Made by a program: the position numbers and the translations under genes. From the NCBI RefSeq assembly GCF_009914755.1, contig NC_060927.1: a stretch of DNA of 64,000 bases. One strand, 5' to 3'. A model generated the notes under the pieces. The model worked only from the letters and a program-made list of their open reading frames with translations, was not told the origin of the DNA and did not search any database. Below, one piece after another: positions 12,961-27,025 of this stretch (its first letter is position 1; every line of letters begins with the position of its first letter). Source of the stretch: the human T2T-CHM13v2.0 reference genome, Homo sapiens.

Positions 12961-12967
12961 GTGTGGG

Positions 12968-13510
12968 TGTGTTTCCTATATATTATGATGCTTTGACATC
13001 ATAATATATAGCCTTTCTAGCTGGGGAGAGATTGCCCCTGCTGGCATAAGGAGAGGCTGGTCAATTCTCAGAGACAGCAACGGGCCCAGCCAGGAGTATG
13101 CCTGTGACATGCAAACTAACCAATCCAGAGTCACAACTCCTCTATCTGGCCCCAACACCCTAAAAGGCAATAGCCCTCTGCCTTAATCATGCCAGGGCCA
13201 GGTTCTAGGTAACTAGGGACCACTCCTATAGCTTGGAGCCACTGAAATTATTCAAACTAGCCAGTCCTGCACTGTTCACCCCACCCTGCCTTGCCTTTCC
13301 TGAGAAAACCCCAATCAGGGTTCTAGCCTAAAGCACTTCCCTTGTTCCTGTCTTCTGCCTCCTGACCACGCTAGTGTCTTTCCCTTGTGGACCTGCACGG
13401 TGTGCCATGCCCTGTCTCTAGGACCTGTGAGTATAATGAAACAAGTTTTCCTGAGCCTCTCCTGTGTCTCGTGGCCACACTGACTAATCATCTCATAAAA
13501 GAATACAAAA
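12968..13510 (+). mobile_element. ERVL LTR of the MER74/MER73/MER54 group
   Basis: tgatgctttgacatc, atgcaaactaaccaatccagag, ccagggccagg..aactagggac, ctgaaattattcaaactagcca motifs. Confidence 0.7.
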
Positions 13511-13864
13511 TGTAGATAGAAGACCCCAAGACCAGTCTGCAGAAAATAAGTTTCCTGCTGCTTACAAAAACCCTGCTTTATATGGAGCCATGTGTTGCTA
13601 ACGAAACCTCTAAATCATTTGTGGAATTAAGAGAATGTGTCGGAACTGATATGGTATGTTCTAAGACTAACATCTCAAATATGCCACTTGTGGTACTACA
13701 AAAAAATGCCTATAAGCTTAAGATGGGTATTTGTAGAACTGCAACATTTTGTTGAAAAGTAAAGCTCTGGAGGCTTTTCCTGATTCTGCTTTTAAAACTA
13801 CATCACAGCAGAAGTTCTTCCTTAGAAGGAACTGCGGCTGTTTAAACTATTCTATATTCTGCTG

Positions 13865-14020
13865 AAATCAGGAGGCCTGGATTCTGATCCTGGAGGTATC
13901 ACTAACTAGTCCTCGGACCTTGACCAAGGGTCAGTTTACCTCTCTGGAGCCGAGCTTCCTTCTCTATAAAACAAATGGGTTGGGCTAGATGAGCTCTTGT
14001 ATCTTTCTCGCTTTAAAAAC
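13865..14020 (+). mobile_element. MIR (MIR3/MIRb-like)
   Basis: tcaggaggcctggattct..gaccttgacc..tttacctctctggagcc..ctataaaac..gggctagatg core. Confidence 0.7.
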
Positions 14021-14409
14021 TGAAATGATAGGATTTGTTTTCTAAGTGCTTTCTGGTAGTAATCACTTTAAGAAGTTATCATTATCAAGAGCAGGCTTGG
14101 GCTCAGGAACTCTGGGCTCATAGTCACTGGTGTCAGGGTTAGTTCAGTATGAAGAGGTACAAGAGGAAAGTAGTTAGCTAAGGAGTCTCCTCCTCTTCCA
14201 GAACTCAAAGTTAAATAATGCTTAGGTGAGAGACAGTAATGCAGCCAAAATCTCAAACTTACATAAAATGCTACTGCTTGAACCACCAAATATCTCATAA
14301 TAAAACCATGTGTGCCCTGGATACACCATACTTTTCCACTCTCCCAGTGATTCAGCTATGAAACTACAAAATGTCAACTGCACAGCAAGCCTCTCCACCT
14401 TTGGAAAGA

Positions 14410-14600
14410 TAGTAGAGTTTAATGGTTGAGGGTGCTGACTTTTGACAATTAGGTTAGAATCTCATCTCCATCACTTATTACTTATTGCTATATGACCTTG
14501 GGCTGGAGACTTACCCCTTTGAGCCTCAGTTTCCTCACTGTAAAACAGGGATAATAGTACATCATAGTGTTATATTTAAATGAGATCACACATGTATTTA
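14410..14600 (+). mobile_element. MIR
   Basis: tgaccttgggc..tttgagcctcagtttcctcactgtaaaacagggataatagtac core. Confidence 0.75.
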
Positions 14601-14629
14601 CTATGAGTTAGGCTCATGTTGACAGTGGG

Positions 14630-15085
14630 GTTAAAATGCCTAACTTATAAGCCAGTGGGAGTGATGGACAAACAAATAATCATATAAATGTGCTGGAAAG
14701 AGATGGACACAGTGCTGTAAGCGCCTACTGTAGGAGGACTGGATCCAGGAAGAACTTGAGCTGCTGAGTAGGGGTGTAAACTAGATGAAAAAATAAAGAA
14801 CATTCTGGGTAGAGGGACAAGTTCAAAGGCTCTGTGGTGGGAGAGAGCTTTTCATGCAGGAGGACCTAAGACATCTATATGATGAAGCAGAGAGAATATG
14901 AAGTAAATAATAAGAGATGAGTCTGGAGAAAGAGATCCAATCATTTAGGACCTTTTAGGCATATTAAAGAGTCCCTTCTTGAACCTAAAAGGAACAAGAA
15001 GCCATTCAAGATTTTTAGAGCAGAGGGATGAGTAACAGTGATCAGATTTGCATTTTGAAAAGATCGCTCTAGCTGCATTATGGCA
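14630..15085 (-). mobile_element. L2 fragment
   Basis: gccatt..gatttttagagcagagg..tgatcagatttgcattttgaaaagatcgctctagctgc. Confidence 0.7.
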
Positions 15086-15091
15086 ATTACG

Positions 15092-15337
15092 TAAGATTAT
15101 AATACCATGTTTTTACTGTACCTTTTCTAGGTTTAGATACACTAACAGGTACCATTGTGTTACAAATGCCTAACTGTAAAATGCTGTACAGGTTTGTAGC
15201 CTAGCAGCAATATGCTATACCCTAGAACCCAGCTGTGTGGTGGGCTATACCATCTAGGTAAGTATACTCTGATGTTCCCACAACAATGAAATCACATTTC
15301 TCAGGACGTATCCCCATTGTTAAGTGATGCATGACTG
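15092..15337 (+). mobile_element. Tigger3a/MER7A-type MITE, 5'-truncated
   Basis: taagattataatacc..tttttactgtaccttttcta..ggtttgtagcctag..ttaagtgatgcatgactg-TA. Confidence 0.85.
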
Positions 15338-15592
15338 TATTAATTGCCCATAAGAACAATTTATCCATACAGAAATAACATCTGATACATAACTACAGTT
15401 ATTACATAGGATTCCATTTCTTAGCAGAAATATATAGAAACAAGTAGTAAACTGAAAATCTTTACCTTGCATGAGGATTACTACTTCTTTAAACCAGAAA
15501 GCACAAATATAATTTTGTTTGAAAATCAGCTGCATAGAAGTATAATTTCTCAGGTCAAAGTGCATGCTTATTTCATGATTATGAGAACTCAC

Positions 15593-15655
15593 TTATGTGA
15601 TGCTTCCCAGGCTTCCTCTTCTTCTAAAAGATCTCTTATGATGTCTGAACTGGAA
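15593..15655 (-). CDS. RAD18: RAD18 exon 12 (63 bp), aa 441-462
   Basis: Acceptor tttAG|T TCC AGT TCA GAC; donor CAT AA|GTGAGT; SSSSDIIRDLLEEEEAWEASHK; symmetric phase 2-2. Confidence 0.96.
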   Translation of the reverse strand, partial: FQFRHHKRSFRRRGSLGSIT

Positions 15656-16124
15656 CTAAAAGGATATGTACATCAGTATTGACAGACAACAAGAAGACTG
15701 TATCGTCCTATTTATATAAAATTCTAGAAAAAAACAAATGAGTCTATAGTGACAGAAAGCAAACCAGTGGTTACCAGTAAGAGGAAGGAGGGAGAGTGGG
15801 GGTGGGCAAGGAAAGAGAGAGCCAAATGTAGTTTCCATTAGGAGAGGAGGAGCAAAGGCCAAAGGCGCTGAAGAACACTGAGGCAGATTTTACCATCTTT
15901 AGTATTTTCCACTAGCCAGGGAGGCTGAGATTCCCTGCCACCCCTACTTCAACAGAAGTTGTTCTAAACCCTTCTATTCACAAGACCCCAGCTCCTGCTA
16001 CTCCTTACCTTGGAGAGAACTACTCCAATTTAAACAAAGCTGAAGCTGTTTTAACCCAACCTTTTCATTCCCTTCTCTCTACTCCAGTGTCATCCATTCT
16101 TCTTTACCTGATGTGCTTAAGGTA

Positions 16125-16405
16125 CTGTTTCTCAAGCTTTTAAAACTATCATCTTCCTAAGCAGCCTTTTTACACTTTTCCCCCAATCCCATGAAATTTT
16201 AATACCACAAATATGATGTCTGTTTGTTCATGTGTTGAGATACACATACACGCACATGTATAAAGCATATATATATAAAAAATATATATATATATATCTG
16301 TGTTTTATGCATATACACAGTAACCTTTTTACCCACTTCCCACCCCCACGAAAAACAAAATTCCACCCTTTGGGGGTGATACTGCTCCTACTGAAAACCC
16401 ACGAG
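16125..16405. mobile_element. MER96B-like hAT MITE with internal (TA)n tract
   Basis: cccatgaaattttaataccaca..ttccaccctttgggggtgata; recalled consensus. Confidence 0.55.
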
Positions 16406-18019
16406 CTAGGGAAATGGGAGCTGCGGAGGATCATGTAGTTCTGGGGCCTGGCAGGGGTCACAGAGTTGGAGAAAGAGTAAAGTAAGCTTCTTGCCAACAC
16501 CCCCTTGTGCTCCACAACACACACAATTTTTTTTTTAAACAGGAAGGTTACAAAGCATCTCTAGTATTCTAGCTAAGAAAGGAGGATGGCCAAGCCTGTC
16601 AACTAACCTAGTAGAGTCTGTGATCAATTTACCTAGGGGCTTTCGAATCACCACCACAAATCACTGATTTGTTAAAGGAAAACATTTGCAGTACACTAAT
16701 GACATAAATCTAAGAGGTTTTTGCTATGCTACCTCAGTGAAAACAGATGTTAGAGGTGGTTAACAAAAAACACATCTCAGAAGTTGCCTGCAATCTCCTC
16801 TTCCTCTGTGACTTCAATGTCACTGCCCAGCCAGGCTGCACAGCTCCCTGGTGTCTTCAATTCCCATTATCTTTCCTTCTGCCCCACCTCAGGCACTCAC
16901 CTGAATGATAACCAAATCACTAAATGGACTGATACAAAATTTGGGAGGTTCAGAATTTTATCTAAAATGAAGTTTCAGGATTATCTGCTATATCTGCTGT
17001 TCCAATTCTAGTCACCACTGAAAAACACAGTTGATGCTAATACAATTAAAATACCAGACAGAACTGCTCATTCCTTTTTCAAGTAATGTGCTTATTACTA
17101 TATCTGCTCAAAAACCACATTCCTAAAATTAAACATAGTTTCACAAATAGGATTTTACAAAAAGACACTTAGGTATAGCAGTCAGTGTTACTAAAATTAT
17201 CACTCAGATCGCTTCCCTGGGGATAAAAGCAATTAATATTTTTGAAGTCTTAGTCATTTTAATATGCCTTGAGGATCAAAAATTCCTTTAACATTCTTTC
17301 AAGACATTTAAAAAATCTTCCAAAGGAGAAAATTAATTACTCATTCTGATATTTCTGGGGTCAGAGCATATACAAGCCTACACAACTGCAGCTTTAAAGT
17401 CTAGAACAAGGAACTTTTTCAGCTTGTCTACTATTTGGTCTTGAAACATTCTGGAAGACCATGCTTCAAGAAGCTGGATGAATGTAAGGTTTGGTACATG
17501 AACGTTACAGCTCCCCTATGGAAGGGCATTCAAATGGCCCTCTCTGATGTCCCTACTGGTCCAGGCTACAGTGGATATTAATATATAGATTACATGTGAG
17601 AAAGACTCACTGGCAAAGATTCAAAATCAAATCTTGAATTCGATGGAATTCCCAACCTTGGTCCAGGAAGATATTAATAGGCTTATTTAGAACACCTGCA
17701 ATTTATTTTTCACACCTTTTAGTCAGCTTTTAGCCTTATTTTCAGGTCAAAGTTGCAGAAATGTAAGCTAATTCTGTGTGTGTGCATGCACACACACATG
17801 CACACCTTGGCCAAGCTGGTTTTTCTGTAATATCTCACTCTTGTCATTCTCTGACGGAAAGTAGCACAGCTTCTTCAGCAAAGTAAAACACTATCTTCGC
17901 ATATTCCTTTTGTAGCATCTTATTTCATTCTACTAGTAAAGAATTTACTACTGAAGCTGAAAAGTAAGATGTCAAATACCTACGGCAAATGTATGACTGG
18001 TAATGTTAGTTAGAGAAAA

Positions 18020-18250
18020 AACCCTCAGATTTCAGTGTCAGACAAAGTTAAGTTGAGGTCCCATTTCTGTTACTTACTGTGTAATTTTGGGCCAGTTACT
18101 TAACTTTCCTCTGTGTCAATATCCTCACATATAAAATCAGGATAATGATACATGTATTCCTTAGGGCTTTTTAAAAGCTTATTCAATATAACACATTAAA
18201 TATTTAGCATAGAGCTTGGTACGCAGTAAATGTTCAACAAATGTCAGTTC
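18020..18250 (+). mobile_element. MIR
   Basis: gggccagttacttaactttcctctgtgtc..ataaaatcaggataat..gcttggtacgcagtaaatgttcaacaaatg. Confidence 0.7.
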
Positions 18251-18888
18251 CATTTTCATAAAACAGATTTGGGTCTGAATTATCTGAATAATTGCCTCAG
18301 CACCATGCTCCAATTTGCCCGAGAAAACCTGATTACTATGTGCTCTATTTTAATCTTTGATTTCCACTGTTTCTATGACACCAGGGTGTAAATTCATCAG
18401 AACCAGCATGGCAGGTACACAGGGTACTGCGGGGTAGGAAAAAACGCAAACATCTGCTATAAAAATCCTGAGGATTAAGGATTACCTACAAGTGGAATTT
18501 TTCTAGCATCTAGTAGTTACCTGCCCATATTTCTTCCCTTAATTGTGGCACTAATTTGAACGTGGTTGAGTATATCCAATTTAAAACAATAACTCTTCAA
18601 GGGTAGATCACTGGAGGATCAATGCAGGACAACATGCCTACCAGACAATGGTACTTAAATAAATTCTGTCAGCTACCATGAATCTTCCCTCAAACCCCTA
18701 TTTTTAGTAATCTGTAAGACAAACAATAGTTTATATGCCAAATATTTTAGCAGTTGGCTAACGTATTAGAATAGTAAAGTTCCAGGTTCCAAAAAACTCA
18801 TTCAATTATGACAATGACGAAAATTATCATGTTCTGAGCAACTACCTCTACAGGCCACAGTGATAATTACTTTGTACACATTAGCTTT

Positions 18889-19192
18889 TTTAATTTTTTT
18901 TTTTTTTTTTTTTTGAGACAGGGTGTTGCTCTGTCACTCAGGCTGGAGTGCAGTGGTACAATCACAGCTACTGCAGCCTCAACCTCCTGTGCTCAAGGAA
19001 TCCTCCCACCACATCTCCTGAGTAGTTATAGGTGCATACCACCATGTCTGGCTAATTTTTAAATATTTTGTAGAGATGGCATCTCCCTATGTTGCCCAGG
19101 CTGGTTTCAAACTCCCAGGCTCAAGTGATCCTCCCGCCTTGCTTGGCTTCTCAAAGTGCTGGGATTACAGGTGTGAGCCACCACATCCAGCC
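18889..19192 (-). mobile_element. AluJ inserted in a MIR
   Basis: gagacagggt..actgcagcctcaacctcctgtgctcaag (J-type); TSD-like cacattagcttt on both sides. Confidence 0.9.
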
Positions 19193-19579
19193 TTCACATT
19201 AGCTTTAATTCACAGAAGCACCCTAAGTTTTCTCCCCACTTGACAAAGGCTGAGAGAAATTAAAGTAAGTAGAAAAACAGGAATGGGAATGCAAAACTCA
19301 TCTTGTTTTGCCACATTGTGCTGCTTCAATAGTGGTAGCAGAAAAATCAAATGCTATTGATTTTACCAGAGTTAAGAATACGCTCTCCTGCCTACTTATC
19401 AATAAGGTTTTTGTCGCACAAACATCAACACAGTTCTGGAAAAAACAAGGCTAAGAGTTTCACTGCTCTCCACTAGAACTAAAGAAAGATAAAATGAAGA
19501 GAGCTTAAGAGAAAATAATAAAAATAACTTACTAATATATGCAAAATCCTTAACAAGAGATGAAACCAAGCAACAATAA

Positions 19580-19800
19580 GTTTACATTCTATTTACAAAG
19601 CATTCACAATATATGATCATCTAATTTGCTTTGTAGACTCATCCAGGGAAGTTAGAGGGACAAACAAACAAAAAAAGCTATTATTCCATTTTTTTCAATG
19701 AGGAAACTGAAACTCTGGGAGATTAATTTAAAATTCCATGTGCCAGGCACCTTTCCAGAGTCATAAAGCCAATGGCTGAGCTGACCTCCCACAATGAAAC
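19580..19800 (-). mobile_element. MIR
   Basis: attattccatttt..aatgaggaaactgaaactc core. Confidence 0.6.
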
Positions 19801-19812
19801 AAGGAAGACTGA

Positions 19813-20253
<441 letters not shown>

Positions 20254-22930
20254 GAAGCTCTTTCAAAAATGGAAAAGATACTGAAGAACTGTTTCATGTT
20301 CTCACATTTTCTCTAGAAAGTTCCAAAAAAAAAAACTCACCACCTGAAACAGAATGAACCATTTAGCTTTCAGGGTATTCTAAAGTTCATAAATATTCCC
20401 ACAAAAAAGGCTATAATAAAATACACACAGTAATGAGGTTTAGTAGAAAAAGATTTTGTGGCAACATTACATTCATCGAATGTCACATTTAAGTTATAAA
20501 ATGAAATATAATGTCAACTTTCCAACAGCAATTATGAAGATTTTAAAAAATACAAAGCCATCATTGACTTACAGTAAGATACTTCACTTCCAACTTAGGA
20601 TATTGTTCCACTAGTTTGATGTTTTTTCTCTCAATTTGACCAGAAACATAAACACTTACTTAGTAGTTTTTCTAATAATTCCAATACCCTCTAAATTACA
20701 AAGTTTCATTAATATATTTGTCTTCCTTACTGTCTACACCACCAAACTTTATTAACCAATTTATGATGACGATTAACACTGATGAGATGATTTCCAAAAC
20801 TTTATAAAGAGTAAGGTTTAAACAGTACTTGCTCTCTTTTTTGTTTGTTTGTTTGTTTAAAGTAGATTGATATATTTACATGGTTCAAAATCAAATGACA
20901 TAAAAGATGTATACTGAGTTGGCCCACTTCCTCCTTTGTTCCCATCCAACCTGTTTTCTCATCTCCAACATGCAATCACTTTCATTAGTTTGTTGTGTAG
21001 TCTTCTAGTGTTTCTTTATGCAAAACCAAACAAATATAAGTATTCCTCCCCCTTTTAGAAAAGAGGTCACATGCTATACATGCTGTTCCGAACACTGGAC
21101 TTTCCCATTATCCAGGAATCCTAGTTGAAATGCTGATTTTAAAATGTTTAGATCTAGTCCTAAAAAACAACCTGCAAAAATTCTCTCTTGCTATAGCCAT
21201 ATCTGTTCCCTCTTTTCTGACCACCCCAACCCACACAGTTCCTGTACCCTCACATCTTTCACGTGCAAATCAAGTGAACTAACCCAAGCCCATCTGGGCA
21301 TGCTGTCTTCTGGATCCTAAAACCCCCAGAACCAGGGTTTTCTGTCCAGGAGACATTCAGGACTCTTATTTTCAGAAGAACAAATTCTAAATCTGAAAAA
21401 CTTGTATTTAATATGTACACTGATAATTTTTAACTTTAAAAACATGATAGATTCTACTCTGAAAAACAGCATTGGACTGAATCTGTCTTCCATTATCCTC
21501 TAAGGTTCTGGAGCTACATGAAAACAGTGGAGTGGGGAAACTCATAAACCTGTAACTTTAATATGTCACCTGTTCATTTAACTTTTAATCTGGCTTCAGT
21601 GCCTTCTGAGATTTGGAGAACAGCAAAAAAAAGCAGAAGAAAGCATTATATCTGAATTCAGAAAACTGGCTTTACCATTCATTAGGATCATGAGATTAAG
21701 TCACTTAATTTCTTTTTCGACTGACTCAATCATTGCCTTACCTGCCCCAAAACAGGGGCGCTTCAAATGCTCTTGCTGTCCTTTCTACCACAGAAGCACC
21801 ATGAGCCTATTTGTCCATGTATGTCCCACCTATTCAACTGTTCAACGGTGTATTCATATAATAAAAGCTAAGCTTCCTATTTGGTGTGTTCTCTCCCTCA
21901 CCCACGGGGTAGTTGTACACTAGGCATTAATCCCTAGCCCACAGTGAGACGCAGGGTGGCTGAAACCCATGGCGGCATCATCTCTTTATCCTGGCATGCC
22001 ACAGAAATACTATCATTTGCTATGTGTGCTGAAGAAAAGGGTTAGGAAACATTGTATTAAAGATAGAAGAAAAAGAGAGAGAAAGAATACATTCCTTTTA
22101 GTCAATCACTTTAAATTCTTATAAAAAGTAAAGTGCTGTATTTTTTTAAGGAAAAAAAAAATAAGAACATTAGGTTAGTTCCAAATATTGGAGTTCTCAT
22201 GGATGTCTACAAAAATTCAAGTTCAAAAGAGAATTAAACATTTGTGCTTACATTTAACTTACAAGCTTAAGAAACAAAAGATTATCCTCTCTGAGAGTCT
22301 AATGCAAAGGAAATTCTTTTTTTTAATTAGCAAAATATCCACTGCTACAACTAGACACTAAACCAAACTCTGAAGTTAAATGGGCAGGGAAACAAAATAA
22401 GGATGCTTCATTCTGTTTTTATTCTTTCAACTGTCAGCAGTATAAATGACTGATACAAATAAAAATCAAATAATAAAATATAGGGGGATAATAGAAATCG
22501 CTTACAACACTGAACCCCACAAGGAAAAATGAAGTGAAAGACAAGGAACATCCCCAAAATGAAAATTTCCTCTACCACTTAAGCTTCAATTTGATTACAA
22601 GCGTCCTTGATAACAGAATCTGAGGGGTTGAGTATGAAGCTGGTGACAAGACTGGCATGTCTTCAGCACAGCAAGGCCAAATCTATGTAATATACTCATT
22701 AACCCCACCCTGAGAACACCCAGTTGGACCAGATAAATAAATACCACATAGTATGATGCTACTAAAGGAATTTGGTCTTGACTGGTAGTCCCTTCTAAGT
22801 TTGAATCTTTTCCTGATTTCTATGGTATCAGTTACCAGAATCAAATGGGTGTCTCTCTTGACTAAGTTTCAGCGTCATTAAATAACACTGGCAATAAGCA
22901 ATGATTCTGATAGGTAGGCATTTTAAATCA

Positions 22931-23326
<396 letters not shown>

Positions 23327-23457
23327 TCAGGTACATAAGTAGAACACTGGGAAAAATGTAGAGCTCTAACAGAAACTGAAGGGTCTGGTAAATTATAGCG
23401 CAGAGACATAACAGAATACTGTACTCATTAAAAAATAACAATTATAAACATAAGCTA

Positions 23458-23508
23458 TTATGTTGGTGCAAAAGTAACTGTGGTTTCAATTACTTTTGTG
23501 CCAACCTA
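23458..23508. mobile_element. Internally deleted MADE1 (Hsmar1 MITE), palindromic
   Basis: ttatgttggtgcaaaagtaactg-tggttt-caattacttttgtgccaaccta, flanked by TA on both sides. Confidence 0.85.
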
Positions 23509-23563
23509 TAGAAACGTAACATTTATGACATAACATTAAGTGAAAGACCGGAACAAAAACTGG

Positions 23564-23577
23564 TATGTGTGTGTGCA

Positions 23578-23608
<31 letters not shown>
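23564..23608. repeat. (TG)n microsatellite, interrupted
   Basis: Read directly. Confidence 0.95.
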
Positions 23609-23614
<6 letters not shown>

Positions 23615-24088
23615 AACCCTATATATTTTTTAAAATATCTTTTCAAAATGACTCATTACCAAACTTCTCATTTTTAAAGTTTCCCCATCTATTCTATTTA
23701 CTCAGTTAAATTTTTCATTTCTTAACCCTCCTATGCGCCATGTCTTTCTGATCATTTCTGTTTTCCAATATAGTTGTTTTTATCTCCTTTACTCATCGTC
23801 TTGACAAAAATTTCACTGTCTATCATGCTTTCTTTTCCAACGGTAGGAAAAGTATCTACATAAAGGCTATAGAGTAGAGACCAAACTCACCCTGTGATCC
23901 CTGCACTACCTTCCCAAATCCTGCCTTGTTATCACTGTGAAGAAGACCCAGCAGTAAAAGGGGACTGAAATGTAAGAGTGACACACCATGCCATGCCTCA
24001 AAGCTACATTCTAATTATTTCTGCCTATCTATCTACATGTGCATATGAAGTAGATATTTAAAATAATCAACTACTGCATGTTTCTTAC

Positions 24089-24242
24089 CTATTGCATGAA
24101 TCTGATTCTGATGAAGAAAGAACTTCTTGAATATCAATACAGCTAGAAGAATCCTCTTCTCTGTCAGGTTCCAATTCCTCTGGGGAGTCCAGCTTTGATT
24201 GAGAAAAGTGGTTTGTTACTGAGGTCATATTATCTTCCTGTC
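24089..24242 (-). CDS. RAD18: RAD18 exon 11 (154 bp), acidic/Ser-rich Pol eta-binding region, aa 390-441
   Basis: Acceptor tttcctAG|GA CAG GAA; donor TGC AAT AG|GTAAGA; GQEDNMTSVTNHFSQSKLDSPEELEPDREEDSSSCIDIQEVLSSSESDSCN. Confidence 0.96.
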
Positions 24243-26279
24243 CTAGGAAAAAATAAATTTAAGAGTACCTTAAAATCTACAACTTCTGTATGCCTATTAC
24301 TTCTGCAACACTTAATACTGCCATGTGCACTTAGTAAAGTTGAAGTATATGTCACATAGATTCCAGAACTCTAGTGACAGCCAGAGAGCAAGAATTAACA
24401 CTACAATGGTGCTATCTAATTATACTGTCCAGCCCATGTTTTTCCAAGATTAATTAGTTTAAAAATAAAATTTATTTTAAAACCAGAAGCAGGAAGAATC
24501 TTGTAATTCTAATGAGGCCTCTATTAACATATCACTAAGGAATTCTTGCATATTTCATAGATCAGAGAACACTGACAAACCAACATAAGAAGTATAACCA
24601 AAAAAAGACTACAGATTCAACTAATAAGACAACCACAATATTTGCTACTATTATATGATAGTGAATCTATCTGGACATTTTTCTAAACATTTTTCTAGGT
24701 TAACTAGAATCTAATTATTCTCTATGGAAAAGGACAACTAAACAGACATAAGGAATATTTCCATTTGATCCAATACACATCACATTTCCGTGCATTCTTT
24801 GTCATATTCTCAGATTTCAAGGTCTCTTATTGCAGATAAAAATAAAGACCCCAAAAAGCTGGAAGGATGCAGTGTTTACAAAAATGTGGCATATGGGTAT
24901 GGCCAATTTTCTACAAATATGAGTGGAAGAATATCTGTGAAAGATTCTTTAGTGCCCAGGATTCTCCCACTCATCATGAACGCTGCTGGGATTTTCATCT
25001 GTGCTGTCCTTAACTTTCAGGAACTGAGGAGGTACCTCACATGCAAGCTACATGTGCTAATAATACTACAGAGCTCCTTTCATGTGTTTCCTCACAGAGA
25101 AACAGAGCTTTCACACATCACTCATCAAGCACTTGTAGAGGCAAGTGGTCTTCAACAAAGCACACTAAAAATACAATTGTCAAGGTTTGATTATACAGAG
25201 AGAATTTATGGGGAAAGAACATAACAAATTCTTCAAAAAACCTTGCCAAGTTCATACAGTTAAATTTTTTTCAGAAATAGTTCTAAGTTTTTGTTACACT
25301 GAGAGAACAGCATACTTCACAAGAGTGTAATTCCTAAAAATATGTTCCTAATGTCATCTGGCTGTCAATAAACTATCATTAGCAAAACAAAACAGCACCC
25401 TCTAATGTATATCTGGAAAAGGGAAAAAGAATTTAGCCAGGATGACCATCCTGAACCTCTAGGAACTCCTCTTGTAAACAGATACCAGAATCACATTAAG
25501 AGGAGCCAATCCCCCAGTCAACTCGGTTCACCCAGGGACTATATTACTCAACTAGTGAGGTGCATGCAAGCAAGCTAGCAAACCAGGGAACAGGAATTCA
25601 ACTTAAAACAATCTTTTATTTTTGCACATTGTCTGTATTCTTTTCTTACTTCTTCCACTCTTACATACACTTCTAGAAGATATATTCCCTCTTGGGAACA
25701 AACAGCATTCAATAATCTGTGGGCATAAAAAATAAGTTATCCTTCCTACTTGCCCTTAGATCTCAGAATGCAGGACTCCAAAATAGAGCCCCGAAGAGTG
25801 AGGCTCAGACATCAGAGCTCCCCAGAGACACACAACAAAAACAGGCTAAGTTTTCACTTGAGAGAATATGCAACTTGTTCACTTACATGAGCACTTCAAT
25901 GTTCTAAAGAGCAACAATTATATTGGTTGTATGATGCTATACAAAATGCATCTTTTCAGTCAGTCTGTGTCTGTCTTCATCTCTCTCACATACCTTACCC
26001 TCTCAGACATCTCATTCATGCACAGCAATCTAAAAGCAGCAATCACCTCTGAACCCCGGAAAGAGTAATATTGATGTTCATAAATACATACAAGCCATCA
26101 ATGATATTCAAGAGAGTTTCAACTAATTAAAAAAACTTTTCTTAATGGGAAATATTCAGTCAGATTTTCTCAAGTGCTAAACTAGTTTCTAGAAATATCC
26201 TTTAACAACTGCATGAACAAGTTCGAGTTGTTCAATGACCATGAGTTACATACTGAGGCAGCACTTTATGCACAAATTG

Positions 26280-27025
26280 TTTATTAGTCACTAGGGAAAT
26301 GCAAATCAAAACCACAATGACATACCACTTCACATCTACAATTTTTAAAAAATTTAAAAATCAGAAAATAACAAGCATTGATGAGGATGTGAAGAAATTG
26401 GAACCCTCATGCTTCGCTGGTGGGAATGTAAGATAATGCAGCCACTATGGAAAAGTTTAACGATTCCTCAAAAGGTTCTAAACATAGAACCAGCATATGA
26501 ATCAGAAATCGCACTCTAAGCTGAAACTTAAATATCTGACCACCAATGCTCATAGCAGCATTATTTATAAGAACCAAAAGGTGGAAATAACCATAGCAGA
26601 TAAATGGATAAACAAAATATGACATATACATACTATGGAATACTGTTTAATCAAAAATTTTAAAATATTTTAAAATTTTAAAATGTGCTACAACATTGAA
26701 GGACTCTGAAAACATTATGCTTAGAGAAAGAAGCCAACACACAAAGACAAATATTATACAATTCCATTTATATGAGGTACCTGGAATGGGCAAACTCATA
26801 GACACAGAAAGTGGAATTGTTATTACCAGGGCTATGAGGCAGAGGGGACGGAAGAGTTGCTATTTCATGAGTGCAAAGTTTGTGCTGGGAATGATGAAAA
26901 TGTTTTGGATATAGACAGTGGTGATAGTTACACAATATTGTGAATGTACTTAATGCCAATGACTTGTACATTTATGAAGGGTTAAAAAGATAAACATTGT
27001 GTTATGTATATTTTACCACAATATA
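26280..27025 (+). mobile_element. L1MB-like 3' end
   Basis: agggaaatgcaaatcaaaaccacaatga..gaaattggaaccctca..atagacagtggtgatag..gttatgtatattttaccacaat. Confidence 0.8.

Noticed and set aside
24790-25224. 144-aa + strand ORF in apparently unique intron 10 sequence
   Set aside because: GTG start, no recognisable domain, antisense to RAD18; length is compatible with chance in 64 kb.
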